Below, one piece after another: positions 49,568 to 63,316 of a DNA stretch of 64,000 nt. The DNA is taken from the NCBI RefSeq assembly GCF_001194135.2, contig NC_068992.1:55986027-56050026 (forward strand), written 5' to 3'. Under the pieces are notes generated by a model. The model was not told where the DNA came from, did no database searches, and saw only the letters and a program-made list of their open reading frames with translations. Origin of the DNA: Octopus bimaculoides. Lineage: Eukaryota. The position numbers were made by a program, and so were the translations under genes. Position 1 is the first letter of the stretch. The number at the start of each line of letters is the position of its first letter.

Positions 49568-49855
49568 TTTGTTACATTTGGTACCCATGACAACCAAATT
49601 CTTATCCAACCACTGAGATGCAAAAATCTTGTTAAAATATTCCAGAATGAATTCTTTCTCCTTGAACAATTGTGGCATGTTAAGGGCAGCTTGCCGTTTT
49701 GCCAGTTTACGTGCCCGGTCATTAAATAGTCCATATTGGCGGGCCCAGGTGTAACTGTATAAATATGGGGCCTTACTTAAGTGTTTCTCTCGTGTGAACA
49801 GATATTTCTTCAGTGTAGAATTCGATTGAATCTTGGGCTTCTTCGGACTTTCCAT
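49568..49855 (-). CDS. DCAF12: DCAF12 (DDB1-CUL4 associated WD40 substrate receptor), first identifiable coding exon, 96 aa
   Basis: H-box-like STLKKYLFTRE; KEKEF....NKIFASQWL....VV.GTKCN is characteristic of DCAF12; donor AAA|GTAAGA at 49567; acceptor ttaattcag at 49865-49867 precedes the ATG by 9 nt. Confidence 0.92.
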
Positions 49856-49957
49856 GATTACTCTCTGAATTAAAATAAAAATTACATACACACAAATATA
49901 TATACATAGCTATGTCACAGGATTCAAGAGGCAGTGAGAGAATTCGATAAATACATG

Positions 49958-49988
<31 letters not shown>

Positions 49989-51839
49989 CAAATGCTCACG
50001 ATGTCTGGGACTATAAAAATCTGCAAGACCTTCTTAAGATTTAACCCTTTAGCATTCAGATTATTATTAAATGGAATGCTTATTTATTCACCTTGTTTTT
50101 AACCCTTTGGAGATGGAGCTCTTTCCACAAGCCCTACCGAGGTCATGCACTTATTTTTCAAAAGATATAAAAAATAAAGTAATATATATGCACAAACATT
50201 CATACACACACACAGAGGCAGAGAGACAGACACATAGACAGAGGTAGAGAGGCAGACACAGATAGAATTAGATTCTTCACGATGACAATACACTCTGTTG
50301 TTACTGAGCTCTCCTTACTAGTGAGTTTCTCACCAAAAACAACATGGCTTCTGCACCTGTGGATATGGTTTTGAATAGCATTACTGTCGTATAAGTTGAT
50401 CATTTTCTGCTTGCCATGAAAAACGTATCTGGCCAAGGGGAAAGAGCAACTTGATTGGAAAGAGGCAATGGTTGACAATAGGAAGGGTGTCCGGCTGCAG
50501 AATATCTGCCTCCACAAATTCCATTCGACCCATGCAAACATTCAAAAACATACATATTCATGCATATACACATGTATACACAAGTACACACACACACACA
50601 TATATATACAAGAGTTAAGGTACATAAAATCCAAGCTACATGTTTCATAGTGAGTGGAACTTCGGAAGCGGTAAATATCCAAGCGAGGTGTATACCGCAA
50701 GTTGTATATATACATACATAAATATATATATATATACACACATACATACACACACAAACAGACACATTAACTATGAAACCTTGATACCCATTCAACTCTA
50801 GAAACACGTGCAAAAACAAAACTTAATATCAAAAGAGAAAATATTAATTAAAATTATGTGATTAAATTTCCATTGGAATTCCTGAAATATAGTAAACATC
50901 TGGAACATGAATTTATATATCAGGTTCACAGAATTGAAATAATATTCACGTGATGTAAGAATTCTAAAGCTTCAGATAGGTTTTAAAGTGTCAGACAAGA
51001 CTTCCATCAAAGACTCATACTAGCTTCCTCTGATGTACTCAGATGTCTTAGTCTTGCCGTGATTTCTACAGGTGGACGCCTTTCCTGAGATCAACCTCTT
51101 CACAGAGTGTGCCGGGTCATTCTTCACAACTCTGGCACTGTAAATTACAGAGGTTGTCATACATAGTACCCTCAATCCTCCAATATATCTGTTTGATTTA
51201 TCAACTACTTTTGCAATAGTGGTGGATGCATTTTGCTATGACACTAGCAATTGTGAGGTCACCTTGTAACTTGCAAGGCTGAAGAACTCCTTTGATAGAG
51301 AGAAAAAGGTTAACGACTTTCGGCAAGGTATAGTGAGAAGTTAAGTATGGAAGGAGTAGATTTTTTATTGAGAATGTGGATTGGTCAAATCTATAAATGT
51401 GTATATAATATATGCCTGGATTTGTGTGTGCATGTGTGTGTGAATGCGTGTGTGGGCATATGAATATATGATTGAATATATATAAATCTGCAGGTGTGGT
51501 TCTGTGATAAGTTTGCTTCCCAACCACATGGTTCCAGGTTCAGTCTCACTGCATGGCATCTTGGGCAAGCGTCTTCTACTATAGCCTTGGGCCAACCAAG
51601 GCCTTGTGAGTTGAATTGGTAGACAGGAACTGAAAGAAGCCAGTCATATGTCTGTCTGTCTGTCTGTCTGTGCCACCATCACTGCTTGATAACTGGTGTT
51701 GCTCTATTTACATGCCTGTAACTTAGGAGTTCAGCAAAAGAGACTGATAGAATAAGTACCAGACTTAAAAAGAAGTCCTGGTGTCGATTTGCTTGACTAA
51801 ACAAATCCTTCAAGGTGATGCTCCAGCATGACTTGTTAA

Positions 51840-51903
51840 ATGATGATTTGTAAATATTCATAAATATACGATTGAATATTTATGAATATTTACAAATCAT
51901 CAT
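51840..51903. repeat. Perfect 28-bp inverted repeat with an 8-nt loop
   Basis: atgatgatttgtaaatattcataaatat / atatttatgaatatttacaaatcatcat. Confidence 0.95.
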
Positions 51904-54900
51904 CATTTAACAGATATTTTCCATGCTAGCATGGATTGGATGGCTCAATGGGAATTGGTGAGCTAAAGGACTGTGCTGAGATCCAGTGTCTGCTTTGGCA
52001 TGGTTTCTATGGCTGGATGCATAAATGAGTGTATAAATATCTGACTGAATATATAAATATTTGCATGGCTATATCTGGGGAAATATGACAAGAAGAATTT
52101 ATGTTATTGCAGATTATATAAATAACAAAATCAATAAATCCATCTGGTGACTTCTGCTGGATATTTTTGTTCAGCAGAAATTTCGCTTATGGTAAAGAAA
52201 AAAAAAATCTTTAAAATCAATTTAATTGTTACTGTTCAATAGTCCTATTCATAAAACCTGTTACAAAGACAGAATGACTGTTTGTTACAGACATATAGTG
52301 CAGCAGATAAAAACATGTTAAAACTGGAATCACAAAGTATGAGGAATAATTTAGATAAATAAAACAAACTGCGTCATCACCGATACTTGCTTTGTTTTAG
52401 CCTGTCCAGAGAGTATCTTCGAAACAAACATTGCAACTCAGATGTGTAGCTGTATGCTATATAATGCATTTCATGAGCTTATAAGATGGCCCACAATTTC
52501 ACCAAGCCCTGTTTTGACACATGTCACCTCCTGGTGCAGAGTTATTACAAGGGAGAAAAACACTTCTTCATAATATTTGGTGGGATTAGAAATTTGAATT
52601 TGAAATTAAGAAATATAAGGAAAAAGATGGATTTTACATATTTAATTTCTTTTTGTTTTCATGAAATTCTTAAAATTTGTAGCTGGTGCTAATCATGCAG
52701 AGTACTATTTATTTAGAACCCCCTTTCTTTTTTCATAGCTTCCTTCATTTTCAGGCCAAAGTTAGATGTATTTAGACCATTAAGAAAGTAAACAAGTAAA
52801 AACCTTTTACTCATTAAAAAAACTCTTAACTCTTTCATTAATATTTCATATCAATAAGGCAGAAAATTGTAGAATTGTTAGGATGCTGGGCAAAATGTTA
52901 GCGGCATTTCTTCCATCTTTATGCTCTGATTTCAAATTCCGAGACCAACTTTGCCTTTAATCCTTTTAGGGTCAATAAAATAAGTAGCAGCTCTCTCAAA
53001 ATTGTAGGCCTTGTACCAAAATTTGAAACCAACATTTCATATTACTATTTCTAATTAAAATACCCTCACCCATGGGTTTCAATTAAAATTCTAAAATAAT
53101 TGTGAATTTAGACTGGGTTCATTAAAGTATAACATCTTCACTTACTGATACATTAAAGTGGTACTTTGCATACAACAAAGAGTTCTTAAATCTATCATGG
53201 AACTTGTGTCTCAAAACTAGTTGAATTACAGGTAAAATAAGATAAATGTAAAATTATTTAAATTTCATGCAGCTCTTTAGCAATTTAAACTGGCCACATC
53301 CAGCCCAGATGTTCCACCCGTTTCATGTTCAAACTGATTGGATCTCGCCTTTCACATCTACTCTACAATGTACGTCTGAAAATAAATAACCATATCATTG
53401 AAATCTCAAAGCTATAGGATAATGCATGAGTTGATCTATCTCTCTCTTTCACCTTTCTTATGTAACAGTTATGTCTTACTCAACAAAAGGCACCAATGTT
53501 GAATAAGATGTATTAATTACATGCAGTGATTTAAATTCCTTGCATTATTTTCAAGTCATCCAGTAAGTTATATATACAGAAGCTTCCTAATTGCTAAGTT
53601 AGTTGAATTTTGTTCCATTAATTTATTAGTTGTGCATTTGTAGATATAAAAATGCAGGTTAATAAAATATTGGAAAACTCAAACATTGGTGTGGCCATTG
53701 TCAACACACACAATCTACCTCATATTGTGAGCAGCCTAAGAAAAAGAGCATGGCACCATGGGCAAGTGTTTTCTATTATAGCCCTGAGCTGACCAAAGCC
53801 TTGTGAGTGGATTTGGCAGACGGAAACTGAAAGAAGCCTGTTGTAATCAGCCCAATTATTCTACTTGTCTTATGCTCAGACCAACCAGATCTTGTCCCTC
53901 ACATCTACCTTACACTGTCTTTCTAAAAATAATCACATTGTCAAAATCTTGAAACTTTGATATAATGTATGATTACTTCAAAACAATGTGAATAAATAAT
54001 TATATTTGACAGAGTAATCTGAATGTTAGAGTTAAACAACACTAAGACTGGTAATTTAGTGCCATCAGTACAAGCCAGTACTGCTGTTTAATGAGTTTTC
54101 TCATGACATGAGGCTTCAAAGGTCACAGTCTTAGAACTGTTTTCAACCATGTTGATACAAAGTACATCTAGCACTGGTGGTATTTCATTCAGGTTTGCAA
54201 TCTGTCCTATTTCAAAATTGTTTTGTTCTCGTTTTTCACTGACAAGTCACAGCTCTACTACTACACTACTACAGGAGTATGGTTAGGTCATCTTAGGAAA
54301 GAACTGCAGAAAGAGATTTTTTTTTTTTATGAGCAAGGCCAGTTGGTAGGGAACTCTGAGGAAGACCATTAAGGAAATGAATAATATCCATAGCTTTGAA
54401 TGCTCTTCCTTATAAATCCATCCAGATCATTTAGCAGGTGGTAGCTTCTGCTAGGACTCTCTGGAAAGGTTCATGGGTTCTGCCCTATGACTCTCACTAG
54501 AATAAGTAGATGATGAAGGTGGCTGGATGGACCAGACTTTTTTCTTTTCTGTGCTTGCTAAAGTTGTTCTCCATGTTTTCTTTAATCATGTATGACATTC
54601 TCAATTCTGAGAGGGTCTAAAATACTTTGAAGCATTCATTTTACAAGCAACTTGCAGTCTCTAAATACCAGTTGTCAGGATCCCAAATCTTGACCTGTGT
54701 GTATAAAGCTGATTTTCTGGGACAGTTTTTTGACAAAAGAAAATGCACTTTATAAGCTAATAAATCTATTTTCGGTTATCAACATGATTTGAACCATTGT
54801 GATTCCAGTTAAATGGAAGTTTTGCCACAATAACCATAAATGTTTCTTAGCAGAAGCACTCCCTCATGTCAAACAGTATAGTTTCCTATAAGGATTAGCT

Positions 54901-55048
54901 TAGCAATTTTCTGCAGAAGATTAGTAATCTAAAACAGAGATTGGGAATGAAGAACACCACTTGCATGACAATGACACTTATTTACAATTTTCACACAAAG
55001 TCAAGGAAAGGAGACGGTAAAACACACATACATACATACATACATACA

Positions 55049-55272
55049 TACATGAGGGGTGGGGCACTGAAAAGTTCCTGGCTTTAAGGGTATAACTGAA
55101 GGCTTGGTTGAGGCCCAACCTTCCAAGTCCTTTTACAGGGCTTAGATAAACTGAAGGACCATTGCAGTAAGTGAGTGAATCAGAGGGGAATATACTGAAT
55201 AAAATCATAATTAACTGATCCTCCTGTATTTTCTTTTACCCAAAGCCAGGAACTTTCCAGCACCCCCTCGTG
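55049..55272 (-). mobile_element. Mariner-derived MITE, copy 2 (opposite orientation to copy 1)
   Basis: Same TIRs; the internal sequence is the reverse complement of 34797-35006. Confidence 0.8.
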
Positions 55273-55298
55273 CGTGCATGTGTGTGTGTGTGTGTGTT

Positions 55299-55374
<76 letters not shown>

Positions 55375-55987
55375 CAAGACACACACACAACAGGGTTCTT
55401 CCAGTTTCTGTCTATCAAATCCACTTATAAGGCTTTGGAACTTTGGTCATCCCCCAGGTGTCATGCAGTAGGAACAAGCCCGAAAAGTTGGGAAGCAAAC
55501 TTATTACCACATGCCTATATCTTAATAAAATCAAGGATGATCAGATTAAAACATCCTTTGGTCATAGTTCTACTGGGTCAAACATTAAGCAACAACATAA
55601 ACTTATGAATTAATAGCCAATACTAATTATCCTTCTTCAACATCCTCTTTTGTTTCCATAAAGGAATAGACTACCACATTAGAAATGTGGTGTACTCAAA
55701 CACCAGCCAATCTGCCTTCCCTATTGGATCTTAACTATGGTTAAAGCCTGTTGGTCTTTTCCAAATCTACTCCACCAACATGACAAGGCTCTCTACCCCT
55801 AGTTTTGTGCTCTAATTTGGTGCTTTGTCATATAATTGGTAGTGTGATCCATTAGCAAGTAATAGATATATGGGCCAAGTCTCATTAGCAAATCTGTTGC
55901 TCTTTGTCTTGTCTTGGATTGGTGCCAATAATGTCAAATATCAAAATAAATTTTCTTGAAGACGTTTTACAATAAATATTTTATCTT

Positions 55988-56802
55988 CTGTATTTGATGG
56001 CACACAAGACCCACTTTTTCCCAAAAATAATGCATCACAAAATACATGAAGTTGGGCAGATATTACATGTTTTAGTGCATCATTTTAAACTGCATATGGA
56101 AGTGGAACCTTGGTTTAGGATTCCAAGGTTTTGAGGAATGTGGAACCACCTCTCAGCCACTATTGTTCCTAGATCCACTCTGACCCAGGGTAGTAGCATC
56201 TGTCAGGATGCCAGCTATTGGTAAAATACCATGTAAGCGCCCAAACCAGGGTATGTTGAAATCACGTGATGCAAGATGGTGGACGTGAACTATTTGGATG
56301 ATTGAACTTATTGAATCAATGTCAAATATCACTTAATGATGAGCAGATGAACAGTCAACAAATTGTCATTGGCCACGATCAACCAGTTCAGTAAGCAAAC
56401 CACTGCGATCATCTGTAATTGTGGAATGTGCAGATGAGATGCTGCAGATGCAGTATCTCACCTTCTCCTTTTTTTACAGAATAATTTTCTGATAATCAAG
56501 GATTTAAAGGGTGTGGTCTATTTGGAGGTTTCTTGTTCTGACTTTCAATCCACTGCAGTCATCTGGAACTGTGGGGTGTGCCGATGAGATACTCCAGTTA
56601 TTGAAAGACCAACATAACTAAAACCCAGGTCAGACATTCATGCATCATGACTCAATGGAACTGTTTAGTGTGGAAGAGTTATATTGGTCTGTCTGACCTA
56701 GAATGAATAGAAGAGTGCACTAAAATTTTTTTCTTGAATATGTGCTGCTGAAATTGAAGTGCATCTAATGTACCAATGCATCTTTTATGCCATCAAATAC
56801 AG
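55988..56802. mobile_element. Tc2/pogo-like non-autonomous element
   Basis: TIR ctgtatttgatggca / tgccatcaaatacag; a left-end copy also lies at about 6793-6880. Confidence 0.55.
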
Positions 56803-58609
56803 TATTTTTCTATTTTTCTGTGGGTAGGATGGATTTTATGGAATTTATATTTTTTATTTTGGTATGAACATTTATAAATTGTAAGAACAGATATTTCTGA
56901 AGCAGGATGCATTTGCTGTTACAATTAATTACACATACACGAAATAGGAATCAAGCATATTTTCAATGTGGCAGATTGAACCAAAGACAACCATGAGCCT
57001 ATCCAAATCAGAGACCAGATCATGCGGTCTGCATTACAGAGAATTAAACTCATAGCAATTGATTCTAATTAATACTGACATCTTTATTAAGATATATCTC
57101 ATCTAAAGTGCTGCACTTTTTCTTTTTAGAATAATTATCTGATAATTAAGGTTTAAAAGGGTGTGATTGATTAGGAGGCTTCTCGTTTTGGGTTTCGATC
57201 CAGTTAAAGCTATTTTTGGTTTAAAAAAAAAAACAGAGAAAGACTACAGCACATCACTAATGTATCAAATTTTGAACAATGTTAGGAATGTAAAAGCCAC
57301 CAGAATAGGTGTGTCTCATATTTTAGTAACTTGAAATGGAATTTTTCACCCCTTCAAAGCTGTACTTAAAAAGAATATGCTTAATTTATAGATGATGATG
57401 CGTTGTGCTGCTAAAGCTGTGTATTATTCTATTTTGGTCAGTTTAATTTGGCAACAAGGGAAAAGAGGGTTTCATATAAAATCTTGAGCAAAAAGGATTG
57501 ATATATATCGTGGTGAAAGGTTTGGTGAGAGAGAATTTAGAGGAATACAAGAAGAGTGGGAGTATATTTCAAAGCCAGTGGAAGAATTTTGACCAAGAAA
57601 CCCACCTTAACCCACTTAACGTTAGTTCTTTAGTCTCCAGGAAACATTTCATAGGTGGTGCAATGCAAACTTCCTCAGCTGACTGACAAAGAAGCAAGAA
57701 GACAGCTACAGCTTGCCAGGCATTGTCAAAGACATTCAGAGCTGCCTGCCAGCCAAGTCATAATCTAGGAACTACCAACACAAGGAGGGAGGGATAAGCC
57801 ATAAGCATATCCAGTAAGTTTACTATCATCAATGCACTGCAGGGAAAGTTCACCATCATCAATTCACCACAGGTGAAGTTCACAGTCATCAATTCACCGG
57901 GGTTTTTTTTTCAATAAAATAGTTTTTAACTATTAATGATGAAATACTATGGATATATTTTCTTGGTAAACTTTCCTCACGATGAACTTTCTCGGCAGTG
58001 AATTGATGGCCATGACTGTCCTTTCAAAACCACAGAGAAGAATTTGATGAAGGATGGTGGTGCCATGATTGCTGATGAGCTTAGGACACTGTCACTAGAA
58101 TGGAGTATGTGATGTCTGTCATTATACCCAACTCAAGTCCAAGTTATAGATGACAATGATGAGGCAAGATTACAAATTTTTCAAGACAAATATATTGACA
58201 TTTAAATGCAGACGCAGTGTATGCCTTGAAGGAATGAATGAACCTAAAACATGGTATTCTAGAATCTGAACTTATAAAGAATACTTCCAGCCTTATACTA
58301 AGCACTGTGACAAGGAATATTTTCTGCTCCCACTCCTGTTGATCCTCTAAAGCAGGGGTTCTCAACCATTTTTTATCTATGGACCCCTTTGATTACTATT
58401 TTATTCTGGTGGACTCCCATAGCCATTTGATGCCTATAAAACTAGTTTGTTTTTCACATATTCCTAGTTTGTTTTTCACATTAACTTGTGTATGTTGAAC
58501 TATGTAAAATGTTAGAGAAAGAAACCAAAATGCTTCTCGTAAAACATACAAACACATACATCTAAAACAAAATTTTTCCAGGGGCCCTTAAAGTCTTTAC
58601 TATCTCCCT

Positions 58610-58645
<36 letters not shown>

Positions 58646-59619
58646 AGAGAGAGAGAGAGAGAGGGGGGGTGCAATCCCATGTCAGTAATTTAAATTAAAA
58701 TCGAAATACGATGTATAATAATGATTTGTAATTTAAACACAGAGATGCAAATGGGAGTGGGAATTGACAATGTGGCGTTCATGCGTAGAAGCAAAACAGA
58801 TAATTTCTTGATTGTTAAAACACCCTTGATAGTAAAAAAAAAAAAAAAAAAAAAAAAGATAGGCTGCACAGACATATCGCAGACATTAGATGTGTATGTG
58901 TGTGTAGATACACACACACACACACACACACAAACATTACAAAAATGTCATTAGTAGTGTTTTAACAACTAATGTGAATGCTGTTTCGCTATTATCTTCC
59001 TCCCCCGATCAAACTGAAGACAAATCAAGTGTCCGGACTAATTGCTAACCACATCCATTACTATCTCACACAAAATGATGCTTTTACTACCACAGAATTT
59101 AACCTCCCACCTTTCCTCAACTAATCCGTTAGCATTTAAGTAGTTTTTTTGTTTTTTCTCTCTCTTTTTTGTCTTTTGTCTGATGCAATAGTTACTCGTT
59201 GTAGTTTACTACTTGAGTGAAAGCTGGAAATGACATTCATAAAGAGTCTGAAAGTAGGCGACTAAACTACGTCTCAATAATAGTGACACAACAGTATTAG
59301 TCGATAAACAGTAGACTATCGAGTTCAATATAAAATGGGATGGGAATAAAGACATAAAGCAAAAGACCAAAAATCCATAATCTCATACTAAGAAAAAAAA
59401 AATCTAACAAGAAAAGAAACAAAAGCAAAAACCCCCAACACAACATCAACTTATGAAAATAATAACATCCAACTTTTCATAATTTCAGTCGCTTTTTTTA
59501 AAATTCGATATATTTATATATTTATATGTGCGTGTAAGATGTACTTGTCTGGCAAGCGATTTGATGTGATTATTGAAAGTAAAACAATTACAGCGTAGAA
59601 GACATTAGCCATTCAAAAA

Positions 59620-59665
<46 letters not shown>

Positions 59666-60914
59666 CATATGTATACGCGCACACACAAAATATGTAAGTG
59701 GTATTTACTCTGTGTGGGTTAGTTGAATTAATTTCAACTCCCAACCATCACATACAAATTGCATTTCCAAAGGCTTTAACGCAATTAACTGACATTAATG
59801 TCTGTTCAACAAGCAAACCAGTCAATCAAATATTATATATGTCTGGCCAGACTTGTCTGCCACAAAGACCCAGCTTCTATTTATGAATAACTAAGTGAAT
59901 TGTATGTGTAAAAAAGATCGCACTGTGAAAATGACAATGCCTGACTTGATTACAGTACAACAAATGAGAGAAAAAAAAGAGGAGGGGTCAGCCGGAGAAA
60001 CTAAACTTCGGTACGACTACTCCTATTAAAATACTCTTCGGGAAAACAATAGAATAACGCAGTTCTAATAAATGTCAGTTCATGAGAGAGAAATACCAAA
60101 GTGGGGTACATATTTGGCTGTGTTACTAACAGACTAATTCTATACAACAGTCAGTTTAACATACGGTATATATGTTACACAACAGGGTTGTTCTATTTCA
60201 GTTTTTAGCCCACTCTTGTTTCAGTACATAGGGCACACGACTGATGTGCTTCACACACACACATATACTTATAGGCATATATAAGAACATGCAGATCTCT
60301 CACTCAGACTGATAAAGAAGGAATTCGACGTAGAAAACAGACCATATATATACATGTGTAAATATACTGTTGTCAAGTGACAGAACGTTTTCTAGTAATA
60401 ATTTGTATATACAGAAAAATAAGGGGAAAAAAAAGTTGGTTTGAGTTTTGATTTGTTACAACATAGACAATGACGTGTTTCCATATTTCTTGCAACACAT
60501 AGAATTGAAATTAAAAACACAATAAGGATACATTAAATTAACAAACGTAGAATTAAATAAGTTTACCTTTCTTGAAGACAAGCGTTCAACGGAAAGTTTT
60601 GTTGTGAGGGGAGGGGGGAATTATTGTTTGTTTCAATGTTGAACTTTCCTCTTTCTCTCACATAAAAAAAAAATCCAGCGATGATTAATTAATTACCAAA
60701 AGGGGGGGAGGGGCAGGGATATATGGCCGTTAAAAAAAAAGGACAGATAAAGAAATTAGGTAAGAGGAAAATGAAAATATGTATATGTGTGTGTCCTTTA
60801 AAACACTGTAGAAAAAAATCAATCAACGACCAAACGAAAGAGGATAAAAAAATATTTGGTACAGTCAAACAATATGTGATAGTGTTGAAGAGATGAAGGT
60901 GTCTATAGATAGTG

Positions 60915-61140
60915 NNNNNNNNNNNNNNNNNNNNNNNNNNNNNNNNNNNNNNNNNNNNNNNNNNNNNNNNNNNNNNNNNNNNNNNNNNNNNNNNNNNNNN
61001 NNNNNNNNNNNNNNNNNNNNNNNNNNNNNNNNNNNNNNNNNNNNNNNNNNNNNNNNNNNNNNNNNNNNNNNNNNNNNNNNNNNNNNNNNNNNNNNNNNNN
61101 NNNNNNNNNNNNNNNNNNNNNNNNNNNNNNNNNNNNNNNN
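60915..61140. other. Assembly gap (N run)
   Basis: Ns in the sequence. Confidence 1.
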
Positions 61141-61281
61141 CACACATATATATATACATACATATATACGTACATATATACATACGTACATACATATATA
61201 TATACATACATATATATATATATACATACATATATATATATACATACATACATATATATATACATACATATATATACATGC

Positions 61282-61319
<38 letters not shown>

Positions 61320-61592
61320 TTTTATTTTTTTACATGTTTCAGGCATCGAAGAAATCGACCCCACGACTTATTCTTTGTAAGCCTAGTACTTACTCTATCG
61401 GTCTGTTTTGCTGAACCGCTAGGTTACGGGGATATAAGCGCACCAGCATCGGTTGTCAAGTGATTTGGGGTACAAATACAGACACAAAGACGCGGGCGCG
61501 CACTCACGCGTACATTACACTTGCAGGTTGCTAGGTAGGTGAGTGTATGTGTGCATACAGAGCAGATGAGTCACTCCGCTAATACATACATA

Positions 61593-61759
61593 CACTAGCG
61601 TAGCTAGGTGGGAGCGGTAGAGACAGTCTGCCCCAGACGGCACTTTTGGAGGGGCATCACTTTTGGATCTGCTGTAGGCAATATATGTTTTTTGTGGGGT
61701 CCGGGGGGCGGCAAACGGAAGGGCTGCCCCGGGCGGCACACGCCCTAGCTACGCTAGTG
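61593..61759. mobile_element. hAT-type MITE, 167 bp, GC-rich
   Basis: Perfect 16-bp TIR CACTAGCGTAGCTAGG/CCTAGCTACGCTAGTG; 8-bp flanks catacata / catgcata (7 of 8 identical). Confidence 0.8.
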
Positions 61760-61779
61760 CATGCATACATACATATATA

Positions 61780-63316
61780 CAATCATGTCTCGATATAAGA
61801 GTTCATTTTCCCCCGGAGATCGCTCGTAAAGCGAAAACTCGTAAAGTAGAGCAATAATTTCTCATTGTAGCAATGATATAAATCTTAATTCGTTCACAGA
61901 AAAATATTTTACCAATAAAATTTATACTCGTAAATAAATGGCAATAAAACAACAGTAGAATGTAAAGAATATTTTATATAAAGTAAAAAGAATGTGAAGA
62001 TCATTTATAATTAAAAAAATATAGGCGCAGGAGTGGCTGTGTGGTAAGTAGCTTGCTTACCAACCACATTGTTCTGGGTTCATTCCCACTGCATGGCACC
62101 TTGGGCAAGTGTCTTCTACTATTGCCTCAGGCCGACCAAAGCCTTGTGAGTGGATTTGGTAGACGGAAACTTGAAGCCCGTCGTATATATATATGAGTTA
62201 GAGGTCAGACAACCAGCTAAGGGATCATAAATATCCATTATACTACTGGATGTAAATCTATATATATCCAAATGCTTACTGTTGCAAGGCAATAGTGCAA
62301 TTGAATAATAGGTACGTGTGGAGGTAAACAAAAGTTAAACCAGAATTTATAAGGCAAGGAAGAAAATGAAGATAATTAATTGACAAACATCAGCTTACAA
62401 ACATCAGCTCGATCCATCTATTAATTAATTACAATCATATGAATATGAATAAATAAATAAGAATAAATGAGTGAATATAACTCTACTCTTACAACTGTTT
62501 CTACTTTAGGAGTCCAGCATGCCAAAGTTGACACATCATACCAATATTATAAAAAGATTGTACGAAAATTGAACAAGAATTGGACAGAAATTGGACAAAA
62601 GTTGAACCCCAAAGCTTCATCAGAGAGTCCATAATGGCAAGAATTAAACAAGTAAAAAAGTAAAATAAAAATACTAAAGAATAGTAAAAAGTAAATTCCA
62701 AGATAATATCCAGAGGTTGTGAGATCACATCTTATTTCAGTCTGATGGAGCATCTAATGGATCTAGCTGATGTTTGTAAATTAATTATCTTCTCCATTTT
62801 CTTCCTTGCCTTGTGTGTGTGTGTGTGTGTGTGTTTATGTGCTTATTCCCAACATCGCTTGACAACCAATGGTGTAACTTAGTGGTTCGGCAAAAAGAGA
62901 ATAAGTACTAGGCTTACAAAGAATAAGTCCTGGGGTCGATTTGCTCGACTAAAGGCAGTGCTCCAGCATGGCCGCAGTCAAATGACTGAAACAACTAAAA
63001 GAATAAAACAAATAATCATTTTCCGAATCACTTTCACTCGCACTAGACTCGCGCACACCATCACTTGCAGACGTGATCGCCGATTCACAAGCACTCGTAG
63101 ACGGACTTGTAGATTTCTTTTTAAAAAACAAGTCTAGAATTATTTGCTTAGAAGCTTTTTTCGCTCTCTATAAATTTCTCAGTAGTACACAGAATCCTTT
63201 GTTACGATAGTAGAAACTTTTGCACTTCGTTCAAAATTTGGATCTTGTGCTTGAAAACTAAAATTCGTAAACCCGGGGTCTCGTAAGGCGGATCCTCGTA
63301 AAGTGAGGCATTACTG
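61780..63316. mobile_element. Tigger/pogo-like element hosting a SINE and the HH-E element
   Basis: Imperfect TIRs caatcatgtctcgatataaga / tcgtaaagtgaggcattactg. Confidence 0.45.
62485..62628 (-). ncRNA. Type I hammerhead-like motif with an 86-nt stem II loop (HH-E)
   Basis: Stem I ACUCU/AGAGU; CUGAUGA (62623-62617); A.A at 10.1/11.1; 13-bp stem II with one bulge; GAAA (62501-62498); self-complementary ACAGUUGU; GUA site at 62490. Confidence 0.6.

Noticed and set aside
62949-63131. Ser/Glu-rich ORF (STSPSTSACESAITSASD...)
   Set aside because: Low complexity, inside a transposon remnant and running into a SINE; no supported gene.
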